Source: Parcubacteria group bacterium
GTDB taxonomy: Bacteria > Patescibacteriota > Minisyncoccia > Moranbacterales > UBA2206
Assembly (NCBI GenBank): GCA_041674205.1
Contig: JBAYWF010000002.1
Location: 46,940-110,939 of the forward strand
Length of the DNA stretch: 64,000 nucleotides
Reading direction: 5' to 3'
Shown here: piece after piece, positions 18,290 through 27,357 of the stretch
How positions within the stretch are numbered: the stretch's first letter is position 1
Layout of the letters: every line of letters begins with the position of its first letter
The notes under the pieces: model-generated
Database searches by the model: none
What the model saw: the letters and a program-made list of their open reading frames with translations, nothing else
What the model was told of the DNA's origin: nothing
Program-made: the position numbers and the translations under genes

Positions 18290-19294
18290 TTATAACTTAT
18301 TACCGACAAGTTCCGCCATCTCCACTAACCGGTTCGAATATCCCCATTCATTGTCATACCAACCGACCACTTTGATCAGATTGCCGTTCGCCATAGTCAA
18401 AGGCAGGTCCACGATTGCGGAATTCGGATTACCTTTGAAATCCATAGAAACCAGTTGTCCGTCTTCAGTCGCCAGGATATCCTTCAATCCGCCCTGCGCC
18501 GCCATCCTGAACGCGTTGTTGATCTGTTCGACGTCGGCTTCCTGCTTGACGGTGCAGATGAAATCCACAATGGAAACGACCGGCGTCGGCACGCGCAATG
18601 AGATGCCGTCCAATTTACCCTCCAGATGTTCCATCACCAATCCGACCGTTTTGGCCGCGCCGGTCGTAGTCGGGATGATATTCAAAGCGGCCGCCCTGGC
18701 CCGGCGCAAATCGCGATGAGGCAAGTCCTGCAAGCGCTGGTCATTCGTGTACGAATGGGTGGTCGTCATAAAACCTTTTTCCACGCCGAAATTTTCGTCC
18801 AAAACTTTGATCATCGGCGCCAAACAATTGGTCGTACAGGAACCGTTTGAAATTATATTGTCTTTTTCCGGATCATATTCATGCTCGTTGATGCCGAGAA
18901 TATATACCGGAATATCCCCTTTGGGAGGCGCCGACAGAACGACTTTGCGCGCTCCCGCTAACAGATGTTTTTGCGCCTTTTCACGGTCTTCGAAAATTCC
19001 CGTACACTCCAAAACCACATCCACGCCCAAATCATGCCACGGCAACTTTTCCGGCGCCGGCTCGCTTAGATATTTTATCCGCTTGCCATCCACGATCAAG
19101 AACGACCCCTGCGCGTCGACTTCCACCGTGCGGTGATATTTGCCATAACTCGAATCATATTGCAAGAGATGCGCCGCCGTCTTGAGATCGGTCAAATCAT
19201 TGATAGCCACGATTTCCAAGTCTTCTTTTTCAAAAGCGATTTTGAATGATGGCCGTCCGATACGCCCGAAGCCATTGATTGCGATTTTTGTCAT
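18290..19294 (-). CDS. gap: glyceraldehyde-3-phosphate dehydrogenase, type I
   Basis: INGFGRIGR, SCTTNCLAP, WYDNEWGYS. Confidence 0.98.
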   Translation of the reverse strand: MTKIAINGFGRIGRPSFKIAFEKEDLEIVAINDLTDLKTAAHLLQYDSSYGKYHRTVEVDAQGSFLIVDGKRIKYLSEPAPEKLPWHDLGVDVVLECTGIFEDREKAQKHLLAGARKVVLSAPPKGDIPVYILGINEHEYDPEKDNIISNGSCTTNCLAPMIKVLDENFGVEKGFMTTTHSYTNDQRLQDLPHRDLRRARAAALNIIPTTTGAAKTVGLVMEHLEGKLDGISLRVPTPVVSIVDFICTVKQEADVEQINNAFRMAAQGGLKDILATEDGQLVSMDFKGNPNSAIVDLPLTMANGNLIKVVGWYDNEWGYSNRLVEMAELVGNKL

Positions 19295-19315
19295 AGTGTG
19301 GAATTTATAAATTTA

Positions 19316-19603
19316 TTAAACCTCGATATTCGTAATCTTCCAATTATCCCCCGCCGCTTTTTCGATTTCAAACCGCGTATTTTTCAGGATCGTATCTTTG
19401 GCGATACTTTCAATTCCGAACCGCACGTTTTCCAGATTCAACTCATCGAAATGCTCGTCGTGCGCGTGATCATGATGATGGTCGTGCGGCATGCTGGCGC
19501 CGCCGATTTCCAAGGAAACCGATTTGATATTCCCGATATTTTTTTCTCGGCTGATTCGCAAAACGGCATCGACGATTTCCTTGGCTAATAAAAAATCATG
19601 CAT
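19316..19603 (-). CDS. hypA: HypA-like nickel metallochaperone, His-rich, no zinc finger
   Basis: MHD..LA start, V.LEIG, G....I..IEV end; HDHHHDHAHDEH insert; no Cys. Confidence 0.8.
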   Translation of the reverse strand: MHDFLLAKEIVDAVLRISREKNIGNIKSVSLEIGGASMPHDHHHDHAHDEHFDELNLENVRFGIESIAKDTILKNTRFEIEKAAGDNWKITNIEV

Positions 19604-19668
19604 AGGATTCCATAAAACGCAAACTGCGGAACTTAAGTGTCACGCATTTGCGTCGTGCGTTATGCGAT

Positions 19669-20043
19669 TTACGATTTCCACAATCCGTGGACATTGCAAT
19701 AAGCTCTCACTTCGATATGTTCAGCCTCCAGACAAAACTCCGCTTCCGGTTCCATACCCGGCTCCAAATGTTTCCGATAAACTCGATGCTCGGTTATGAC
19801 TTCGATCCATTCGATATAGTGTTCGCTCTCCATCGGATGCAGCACGCTGCCCACCCGCACGATCACGCCTTCACTCACCTTCTCCACGACCGGCCGGTGT
19901 TTTTCATATCTCTCTTCTTCGCTCTGTTCGGCTTGCAAAACCATCGGCTGGCCGCAACACACCAATTCACCCACTCCGTTATGCAAAACTTCGGTGATAT
20001 TGCCACAGATATCGCATTTATAGACTTGTCTTAATTCAGTCAT
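19669..20043 (-). CDS. dfx: desulfoferrodoxin (2Fe superoxide reductase)
   Basis: YKCDICGN...CCGQPM, EKH.P, HPM...HYIEWI, YCNVHGLW. Confidence 0.95.
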   Translation of the reverse strand: MTELRQVYKCDICGNITEVLHNGVGELVCCGQPMVLQAEQSEEERYEKHRPVVEKVSEGVIVRVGSVLHPMESEHYIEWIEVITEHRVYRKHLEPGMEPEAEFCLEAEHIEVRAYCNVHGLWKS

Positions 20044-20061
20044 ATTTTTATATTTAAAAAA

Positions 20062-21321
20062 TTAATGTACCGCGCAGGAAATGCACGGATCATAGGCCCG
20101 GATGAAGCCGCGTAACTTCTTTTGCTTGTCTTGATCCTTGAGATCGATTATCTCCTTGATGTAGTCCGCCACGTCATCTTCCAAATTAGCCAGGAACTGG
20201 GCGGTCGGAGTGATGATATTCACGTTTTTCACATAGCCTTTGCTGTCCACATCGACATGATAATAGAGCGTCCCGCGCGGAGCTTCGACCGCCGCCACGC
20301 CGACTCCCTCTTTGATTTCATATGGCCGGGTGACGACCCTCTCCAAGTCGGAGTTCAAAAGCTCTTTGATCAGCTTAGTCGATTCTTCGACGCAATGGAT
20401 GAGTTCAACCATCTGGCACAAGATATTATGGAATGGATTATAGTCCGGAAAAGTGAAATTCAAGCTTTCCAAATATTTGCCCGCTTGCGGATTGAGCTTA
20501 CTGCGGTTGATATTGATCCGGGCGATCGCTCCGACCATATAGCTTATCCCGTTATGCTCGACTTTTTTGATCACCTCGTTCTGCTTCTGCAATTCCTGGA
20601 AATCCTGTTCGAATTTTTCCACTGGGATATGCAGGCCGTACGAGGAAACTATGTCTCCGTCATAAACCGCATATCTCCCTTTCCCGCTCAAACATACATA
20701 CTCGGTTTCCCGTTGGAAATCGGGAATTTTTATTTTTTTGAAAAAATCACCCAGCGCGACAGCGTCTTGCAATGCCCGCTCGCTGTCCGCGACGATCTTC
20801 CGCAAAGCTTCCGCCTCCGGGGCTTTTTTGAAACCGCCCACCTCGTTGGTCAGCGGATGGATAACCCGTCCGCCGATGACCCGTACGATATCCATACCGA
20901 ACTCCCGCAGACGCACCGCGATTTTCGTTTCTTCGGGATAAGCGCTGACCAGCTGGATATCATTATCCATATCCAAAAAATCCGCCAATGACAGGAAAAA
21001 AAGATGGAGGGCATGCGAATGGATGATTTGCGCCAATTCCATCACCGTGCGCAGTTTTTTGGTTTCCGGCGTGACCTGGATGCCCATCGCGTTCTCCAAA
21101 GCCTTGATTGAAGTCAAGTTGTGCACCACCGGACAAATTCCACAAATGCGTTGGGCGATTATGGGCATATCCGTATAGTAGCGTCCGATCAGGACGCCCT
21201 CAATCAGACGGATGCCTTCCTGCACCTCCAGTTTGGCGCTTTTGACATCCCCATCCAACACACTGGCCATAAAACCGGCATGTCCTTCCATTTTAGCGAT
21301 ATGGTTTATTTTTATATCCAT
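20062..21321 (-). CDS. [NiFe] hydrogenase large subunit, group 3b-like
   Basis: EGH, L1 RICGICPVVH, EAPRGTL, L2 DPCISCAVH then stop. Confidence 0.93.
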   Translation of the reverse strand: MDIKINHIAKMEGHAGFMASVLDGDVKSAKLEVQEGIRLIEGVLIGRYYTDMPIIAQRICGICPVVHNLTSIKALENAMGIQVTPETKKLRTVMELAQIIHSHALHLFFLSLADFLDMDNDIQLVSAYPEETKIAVRLREFGMDIVRVIGGRVIHPLTNEVGGFKKAPEAEALRKIVADSERALQDAVALGDFFKKIKIPDFQRETEYVCLSGKGRYAVYDGDIVSSYGLHIPVEKFEQDFQELQKQNEVIKKVEHNGISYMVGAIARININRSKLNPQAGKYLESLNFTFPDYNPFHNILCQMVELIHCVEESTKLIKELLNSDLERVVTRPYEIKEGVGVAAVEAPRGTLYYHVDVDSKGYVKNVNIITPTAQFLANLEDDVADYIKEIIDLKDQDKQKKLRGFIRAYDPCISCAVH

Positions 21322-21325
21322 AATT

Positions 21326-22534
21326 TTATATTTTTATGTTTTTTTCCCTCGCCTCTATATCATCCCGCAAGCCGAAAATCTCAGCGATGTTTTCAAATTC
21401 ATGGTCGGTCACCATATTTTTCAAAGCCGCGCGCATCGCTTTCACATTTCCAGTCGGACGGAGTCCGCGGCATCCCTGGCAAGTCATCCGGGAGGTCGGA
21501 CAGACCGCGCCGCACCCGCCCTGGATCATCGGTCCGAAGCACGGCTTCTTGTCGAGCAACAGACAACGGTTGCCAGCCGCTTTGCATTCGACGCAAACCG
21601 GCTGGTCGGGAATGACCGGAATCCGGCCGGCTAGCAATTCCGGGATATAGCGCAGAAACTCATCGCCGGAAATCGGACAGCCTGGGAAAACAAAATCGAC
21701 TTTTACGAAATTATCGATTTCCCTGATTTCCGGATTACTGATGCCTTGGATATATTTGTAGACATGTTTGATCGTATTGGCGCCTTCCTGGTAATTTTTA
21801 ATTTCCGGTATTCCGCCCATAGCCGCGCAATTGCCCAATGCTACCAATAACTTGCTTCTTTTACGCAAAGCTTTCAAAGTTTTTACATTTTCTTCCGTCA
21901 CCGGATTGCCTTCCACCAAGACCAAATCCAAATCGCCTCCGCCATCCTCTTCATCCTCGATCAGGCGGAAATCCACCATTTCTATTTTTCCCACAAAATC
22001 CAAAAATTTCTCGCCCAAATCCAGCAAAGCGAATTGGCACCCCTCGCAAGAAGTCAAGCTGGCGATAGCCACTTTCGGTTTTTTCAATTTGGCCTCCGGT
22101 TTGCTTGGCGCCGCTTTTGCCACTTTTGCGATTTTAACGGTTTTCTTAACCGCGCTTTTGTTTTTTTCATTCACGACAGCCACAGACGCATCAACTTTCT
22201 TTTTGGCTACCCGCTTGACTGTCGGCTTTCTCTTATCAGCCTTTGCCTTGCTCTTATTCGCAGGTTTGTTTGGCAATATCTTTTTTGCATCCTTTGTTTT
22301 TTTATCAGCTACTGTTTTTTTCTTGACCGTCAACTTAGCTGGCATTTTTTTCTTCACAACCCTCGCGCCTTTCTTGGCCACAGCCGATTTATTTTTCGCT
22401 ATCCCTACGGGCAGCTTTTTCACTTTCGATTTCTTGGCGTTTTTTTTAGCCGCAACTTTGCCTCTTAACCGAGAGGTCACACTGGATAACCTGCCTAAAA
22501 ATTTAGCGATTTTTGATTTTTTATTTACTGCCAT
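21326..22534 (-). CDS. [NiFe] hydrogenase small subunit (group 3 delta-like) with Lys/Ala-rich N-terminal extension
   Basis: TSCEGC, VEG, ALGNCA..GG, PGCP, VCVEC...C...PC.GP...GC.AVCP...C.GCRG. Confidence 0.9.
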   Translation of the reverse strand: MAVNKKSKIAKFLGRLSSVTSRLRGKVAAKKNAKKSKVKKLPVGIAKNKSAVAKKGARVVKKKMPAKLTVKKKTVADKKTKDAKKILPNKPANKSKAKADKRKPTVKRVAKKKVDASVAVVNEKNKSAVKKTVKIAKVAKAAPSKPEAKLKKPKVAIASLTSCEGCQFALLDLGEKFLDFVGKIEMVDFRLIEDEEDGGGDLDLVLVEGNPVTEENVKTLKALRKRSKLLVALGNCAAMGGIPEIKNYQEGANTIKHVYKYIQGISNPEIREIDNFVKVDFVFPGCPISGDEFLRYIPELLAGRIPVIPDQPVCVECKAAGNRCLLLDKKPCFGPMIQGGCGAVCPTSRMTCQGCRGLRPTGNVKAMRAALKNMVTDHEFENIAEIFGLRDDIEAREKNIKI

Positions 22535-22612
22535 ATTATTTTTATTTTATGATTTATTTTACCACATTCCAGCTAAATTTAAAAATCGCCGATAACTTGC
22601 TATACTGGGCTT

Positions 22613-23776
22613 ATGCGGATATTCGAATATGAAAATAAGGACACTCGACAAATCTTGGCTCTCGGTCCCGAATCGAACGGCAATTTTTCGTTTTTCTATC
22701 AGAACAAGCTTTATTTTTCCGAAGATTTCGGCGATCTATTGATTGATAAAAATTTCCATAATTACAAAACGGGCCTTTCTAAGTTCCTCAGCGCAAACAA
22801 CTTCCGTCCGGACATCATCCTCACCGACTCGCATCCGCTCTACAAAACTACCACCCTAGGCCGAAACCTGGCTAAAAAATATCCCGCCAGACTTATCCAG
22901 ATCCAGCACCACCTCGCCCACATTTTTTCCGCGATCGGCGATAAAACATTACTGACTAGAAACTATCAGCTAGAAAAGGCTTTAGGCATAACTTTGGACG
23001 GTACCGGCTATGGATCGGATGATAAAATTTGGGGAGGGGAAATTTTTAGAATTTCAAAATCCAAATTTCAAATTTTAAATCAAATCCCACAACTAAAATT
23101 ACAAATCGAAAGGATCGGACACCTGGAAAACCAAGTGATGATCGGGGGTGATTTGGCTATCAAGGAGCCTGCACGTATGTTGATCGGCATCTTATCAAAA
23201 TTCCTACCCAAGGAAAGCATCTATCCGCATATAAGAAAATATTATTCCGCCCAGGAATTTGAAGTTTTATACAACCAATCGCAACAGAAATTCAACTGCA
23301 TCGAAACATCCAGCACCGGAAGGATTTTGGACGCGGTTTCCGTGCTGCTCGGTTTTTGCGGCAATCAAAGAAATTACAAACATGAGCCGATCGAGTTATT
23401 GGAAAAAAATTCAGCAAAACCCTATTTGGATTTAAAACCCGAAATTAGCAAAGATTCCGACGGAAACCATATCCTCAGCACCACTTATTTATTTAATTAC
23501 ATACTTAAATACTTACATAAAAACAAAGATATATCTGACGGGGATAGGAACCGCTTGGCTGCCACCGCCCAACTCTACATCGCCCAAGGACTATACCGAA
23601 TAATTTCGGATGCAGATTTCGAAATCAGGGACTTCTATCTAGCCGGCGGCATCGCCAACAATAAAATAATTTCCGGATATCTGGACTCCAAGGGCGCCTA
23701 CGCCAGCCGGACGATTCCCCGCGGCGACGCCGGGCTTTCGTTCGGGCAGATCGTTTTCTATTTATCCGGCCACTAA
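22613..23776 (+). CDS. hypF: short HypF carbamoyltransferase (Kae1-like domain only)
   Basis: DSHPLY, IQHHLAH, DGTGYG.D..IWGGE, TSSTGR.LDA, AGG, P.GDAGLSFGQ. Confidence 0.88.
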   Translation: MRIFEYENKDTRQILALGPESNGNFSFFYQNKLYFSEDFGDLLIDKNFHNYKTGLSKFLSANNFRPDIILTDSHPLYKTTTLGRNLAKKYPARLIQIQHHLAHIFSAIGDKTLLTRNYQLEKALGITLDGTGYGSDDKIWGGEIFRISKSKFQILNQIPQLKLQIERIGHLENQVMIGGDLAIKEPARMLIGILSKFLPKESIYPHIRKYYSAQEFEVLYNQSQQKFNCIETSSTGRILDAVSVLLGFCGNQRNYKHEPIELLEKNSAKPYLDLKPEISKDSDGNHILSTTYLFNYILKYLHKNKDISDGDRNRLAATAQLYIAQGLYRIISDADFEIRDFYLAGGIANNKIISGYLDSKGAYASRTIPRGDAGLSFGQIVFYLSGH

Positions 23777-23860
23777 AAAAAGGCGGGAGGCTGGTTATTT
23801 TTTTTACAACAACCGCCTGCCCGCCCTTTGCGACGACGCGCCTCCGATCAAAGTGCGCCG

Positions 23861-24376
23861 TCAGCGTACCCAAAGATAAGGCCTTATTGACAAAGTAGCC
23901 TCCCCCTCCAAATACACTTCGGGCTTCTCACATTTATACTCTTCAAATACTTCACAGGTTAATTCCTGTGTTTCTTCATTAAGAGTCTGTGAGAAATTCT
24001 GCTCACAATCCTGGGTAGCGACCAGCATACTGATCGACTTATCTTCCCCAATCAAGACATCCGTCCTATTCACCAGCCCCTCAGGACCCTTGATGACTAA
24101 ATTGGCGCTGCCGAAGTTGTTCTTCGTCAATTCCCTCACCTTTTGCCGGTAAAAGAATTTGATCTGTTTGTATTTTGCTTCCTTCCCGGCGCAATCCCAG
24201 GTTTTTTCTTCGACAACCTGGACGATTGACTTGCTATCCAGGCTATCAGGAATCACGAAAGAATATTCTTCCATAACTCCTCCAAAAAAAGACACTACGA
24301 TAACCCAACAAAAAACAACCATCACTATCGTAATTATGACGGATGTCACCACCATCGCCGCTGTCACTTTTCCCAT
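23861..24376 (-). CDS. hypothetical protein with N-terminal TM anchor
   Basis: GGAG RBS, hydrophobic N-terminus, four Cys in the soluble part. Confidence 0.65.
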   Translation of the reverse strand: MGKVTAAMVVTSVIITIVMVVFCWVIVVSFFGGVMEEYSFVIPDSLDSKSIVQVVEEKTWDCAGKEAKYKQIKFFYRQKVRELTKNNFGSANLVIKGPEGLVNRTDVLIGEDKSISMLVATQDCEQNFSQTLNEETQELTCEVFEEYKCEKPEVYLEGEATLSIRPYLWVR

Positions 24377-24525
24377 AGCACCATCTCCGTAAAATTATTC
24401 TGTTCGAACCGGCGGGACGCCCACAGGTTCTTTTTTTACATACTGTCTTCGCGGAACAACCGCAAAAACGCCTTATTCGATTTTTAAAATGCCAAGTTCC
24501 AATATGGCACATATCCGGCAGATTG

Positions 24526-25506
24526 TCAACAAATGCGAGGAATCAATTTTCCCCGCGGAACATCGATTTTTTTGATGCCGCCGAGCGAAGTTTTGAGATA
24601 GACGCCTTTTCCACGCGCGACCGAACCGATGATTTTGGCGTTTTTGTCGTATTTCTGCAAGATTTTGACGGTTTTTTGGGCTTCTTTAGCGGAAACCGTC
24701 GCCACAAAACGGCCTTCGGAAGGGAAAGAAAATTTATCGATACCCAGGAGTTCGGACAAGGCCACCGTTTCTTTGGCGAAAGGAAGCTTGCCTTCTTCTA
24801 AAACTATTTTCACTTTGGATTTTTCGGCGATTTCATTAAGCACGGCCGCCACCCCGCCCCGGGTCGGATCTTTGCATGAAGTCAGATATTTGGCCACACT
24901 TTGGATTTCCAGGGTCAAGGGCCGGCAATCGCTTTTGATTTTGGTCTTGTAATTGAAACGGCTGGCCAAAAGCGCCACCGCGTGCTCGCCCAGATTGCCG
25001 GAAGCGATGACCGCGTCCCCCGCTTGCGCCCCGCCGTTTCCGATTATCTTTTTGGCCAACCCCACTCCGGAAGTGGTGATTTCCAATTTGTCGATCTTGC
25101 CCCTTTCCGTGACCTTGGTGTCCCCCGTCACGATCGGCACGCCGGTTTCCCGGGAGACCTTGCCGATCGACCGCATAATTTTTTGCAGATCTTCTTCCGG
25201 AAAACCTTCTTCGATCACCAGGCTCAAGCCGACGCCGATCGGACGCGCGCCCATCACCGACAAATCATTGATGGTGCCGCATAGCGCGATTTTGCCGATA
25301 TCGCCGCCCGGGAAAAAAAGCGGATCCACGATGAAAGCGTCCGTCGTAAAAACCAATCGTTCCTTGCCGATCCGGAACGAAGCTCCGTCATCCTGCGTGT
25401 TTTTCCACTGGCGGCTTGCTACGAAATTCCGACGGATTTGCGCGATCAGCCGATTGGATTTTTCTCCGCCTGCTCCAGCCTCCAATTCGATCATTTCTTT
25501 TTCCAT
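24526..25506 (-). CDS. hypE: hydrogenase maturation protein HypE
   Basis: FFPGGDIG, GTINDL, TGDTKV, DPTRGG, C-terminal PRIC. Confidence 0.97.
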   Translation of the reverse strand: MEKEMIELEAGAGGEKSNRLIAQIRRNFVASRQWKNTQDDGASFRIGKERLVFTTDAFIVDPLFFPGGDIGKIALCGTINDLSVMGARPIGVGLSLVIEEGFPEEDLQKIMRSIGKVSRETGVPIVTGDTKVTERGKIDKLEITTSGVGLAKKIIGNGGAQAGDAVIASGNLGEHAVALLASRFNYKTKIKSDCRPLTLEIQSVAKYLTSCKDPTRGGVAAVLNEIAEKSKVKIVLEEGKLPFAKETVALSELLGIDKFSFPSEGRFVATVSAKEAQKTVKILQKYDKNAKIIGSVARGKGVYLKTSLGGIKKIDVPRGKLIPRIC

Positions 25507-25874
25507 CGGTTAAATTTTAAGATTAAAATTGCGGCCAAAACGATGCCGATCAGATCAATTGCCACATCCCTTGGCGTACCCGTCCGGCCGAAAACGAAAG
25601 TCTGATGCCATTCGTCCGACGCCGCATATAATAAAGACAAGACCAGCGAAAACCATAAAGCTCTCTTCAGAGTGAAATTTTGTGAAAAAGCGCGGAAAAA
25701 CAAAAAAGCCAAGATGGAATATTCGATCACGTGGAAAGTTTTCCTTTCGATGAAATAAAACAAACTGAAAGGCCGGACATCGTGCCCTTCCATCGCCGAA
25801 AGCCCAAAAATGATCGCCATCCAAAACAAAACAGCCAGCCACGCGGATATTTTTTTAGTTACAAACTTTTCCAT
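25491..25874 (-). CDS. VanZ family membrane protein
   Basis: WMAIIF.LS, RK.FH..EY..L, YAASDEWHQ.FV.GR, DV.ID. Confidence 0.9.
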   Translation of the reverse strand: MEKFVTKKISAWLAVLFWMAIIFGLSAMEGHDVRPFSLFYFIERKTFHVIEYSILAFLFFRAFSQNFTLKRALWFSLVLSLLYAASDEWHQTFVFGRTGTPRDVAIDLIGIVLAAILILKFNRWKKK

Positions 25875-25888
25875 AGTGGTATTCTAAC

Positions 25889-25931
25889 AAAAAAAAGGCG
25901 TCCTGGCGAGAAAAATTCCCGCCAGGACGCG
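25889..25931 (-). terminator. intrinsic terminator after the PhoH-family gene
   Basis: gcgtcctggcg...cgccaggacgc with adjoining A-run on +. Confidence 0.75.
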
Positions 25932-25950
25932 CACAAATGAACATTAAAAT

Positions 25951-27252
25951 TTAGAGAAGGCGTGTCGCTTTCTCCGCCAATCTCGAACGGTTTGCCCGCT
26001 TAAGCTTCAGATAACAGAATGCTTCGTCATCTTTGAAGCGGTCAATCAAATAGGCTAAACCACTTGAATTGGAATCGAGATATGGCGTGTCTATCTGTTC
26101 CAAATCGCCGCAAAACACGATTTTAGTGCCCTCGCCACAACGGGTAATAATCGTCTTCATCTCCCAAGGGCGCAAGTTCTGGGCTTCATCGATTATGATG
26201 AATGTGCGCTGAAGACTTCGTCCCCTGATATGGGCCACAGACTCAAGCTCAAGGATGCCCTGGGAAATAAGACTTTCCTTGGAAAAAAGGTTTTCTTTCT
26301 TGCTTTGCGCATTTTTCCTGCTAAACCCTTCCTCGATCCGTTGGTTGGAATTTTTGATAATTGCGTCCAGATTATCAAAGATCGGATTCATCCATTCGGA
26401 CAATTTTGCTTCCTTGTCTCCTGGGAAATATCCGATATCCGGACCTGATGCAATAGCCGGCCGTGCCACGACCACTTTGTCGTATAGTCTCCCACTCTTA
26501 AGCGCCTGATTCAGTCCGGACAATAGAGCTACAAAAGTCTTGCCTGTCCCGGCAACCCCTGACAAAGCTATCATTTCTATATCAGGACAGGACAGCGCGT
26601 CCAAGGCGCACTCCTGCTCCTCATCTCTTGGAGAAATCCCCCAAATATGCCTGCCTCTCCGTATGGACTTGCATGATTCCTTTTCCCAATGACGGAAAAT
26701 CTCCCCGCCTTTGACCCGGTACCGGACGGACAAGATACCATTCGGCTTCTCTTCATTTCCATCGAAGACTGAGCCGTACTTTTTGAAAAGCTCGGATTGA
26801 TCTTTGGTATAGTCATCCGTATTAAGCCCAAGACCAGACGCTTTGAGTCGGACATTAGTGTCCTTGGAGATGACAAACACTGTCTTTCCTTCCTCTGACA
26901 ATCCATACGCGAAAGACAAAATCCGGTTATCCGGCGTATCCCTTTTGAATTTGAGCGGATACTTACTATCCAATGATACGACAAGCATTCCGCCATTAGG
27001 CAGTTTTACTCCCTCCCTAATATCCCCTCCATTCAAAAATTCTGCTAGGCCGTTACTGGCCTTGCGGGCCGAAACGGCTACTGAGCCGTCAATATCATTA
27101 CTTCTTTTTTTGAGAGAATCCAGTTCCTCCAGGACTTCCTCGTAAATAACCACCGTATTGTCCCCGAATTCCCTGAACGCGTCCGGGTCATGGATTAGGA
27201 CGTTAGTGTCCAAAACGAAATACTTCGTTTTCTTTTTCTTTCTGGCTGCCAT
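25951..27252 (-). CDS. PIN-PhoH (PhoH2/YlaK-like) protein
   Basis: LDTNVLIHDP, DNRIL, SKDTNVR; G.AGTGKT, RGRS, DEAQNL, GD..QID; GAGTGGGG before ATG 27252. Confidence 0.92.
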   Translation of the reverse strand: MAARKKKKTKYFVLDTNVLIHDPDAFREFGDNTVVIYEEVLEELDSLKKRSNDIDGSVAVSARKASNGLAEFLNGGDIREGVKLPNGGMLVVSLDSKYPLKFKRDTPDNRILSFAYGLSEEGKTVFVISKDTNVRLKASGLGLNTDDYTKDQSELFKKYGSVFDGNEEKPNGILSVRYRVKGGEIFRHWEKESCKSIRRGRHIWGISPRDEEQECALDALSCPDIEMIALSGVAGTGKTFVALLSGLNQALKSGRLYDKVVVARPAIASGPDIGYFPGDKEAKLSEWMNPIFDNLDAIIKNSNQRIEEGFSRKNAQSKKENLFSKESLISQGILELESVAHIRGRSLQRTFIIIDEAQNLRPWEMKTIITRCGEGTKIVFCGDLEQIDTPYLDSNSSGLAYLIDRFKDDEAFCYLKLKRANRSRLAEKATRLL

Positions 27253-27357
27253 AAGCACCCCACTCGTTGAATTGATAAAAGAACAGCTTTCTGAGTGAAG
27301 CATAAAACAAGCCGGTTGCTTTTGCAAGCCACGAAAAACCCTAAAAAATGACAATTA

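Noticed and set aside
22400-22534. Tat signal on the hydrogenase small subunit
   Set aside because: No RRxFLK motif or hydrophobic h-region.
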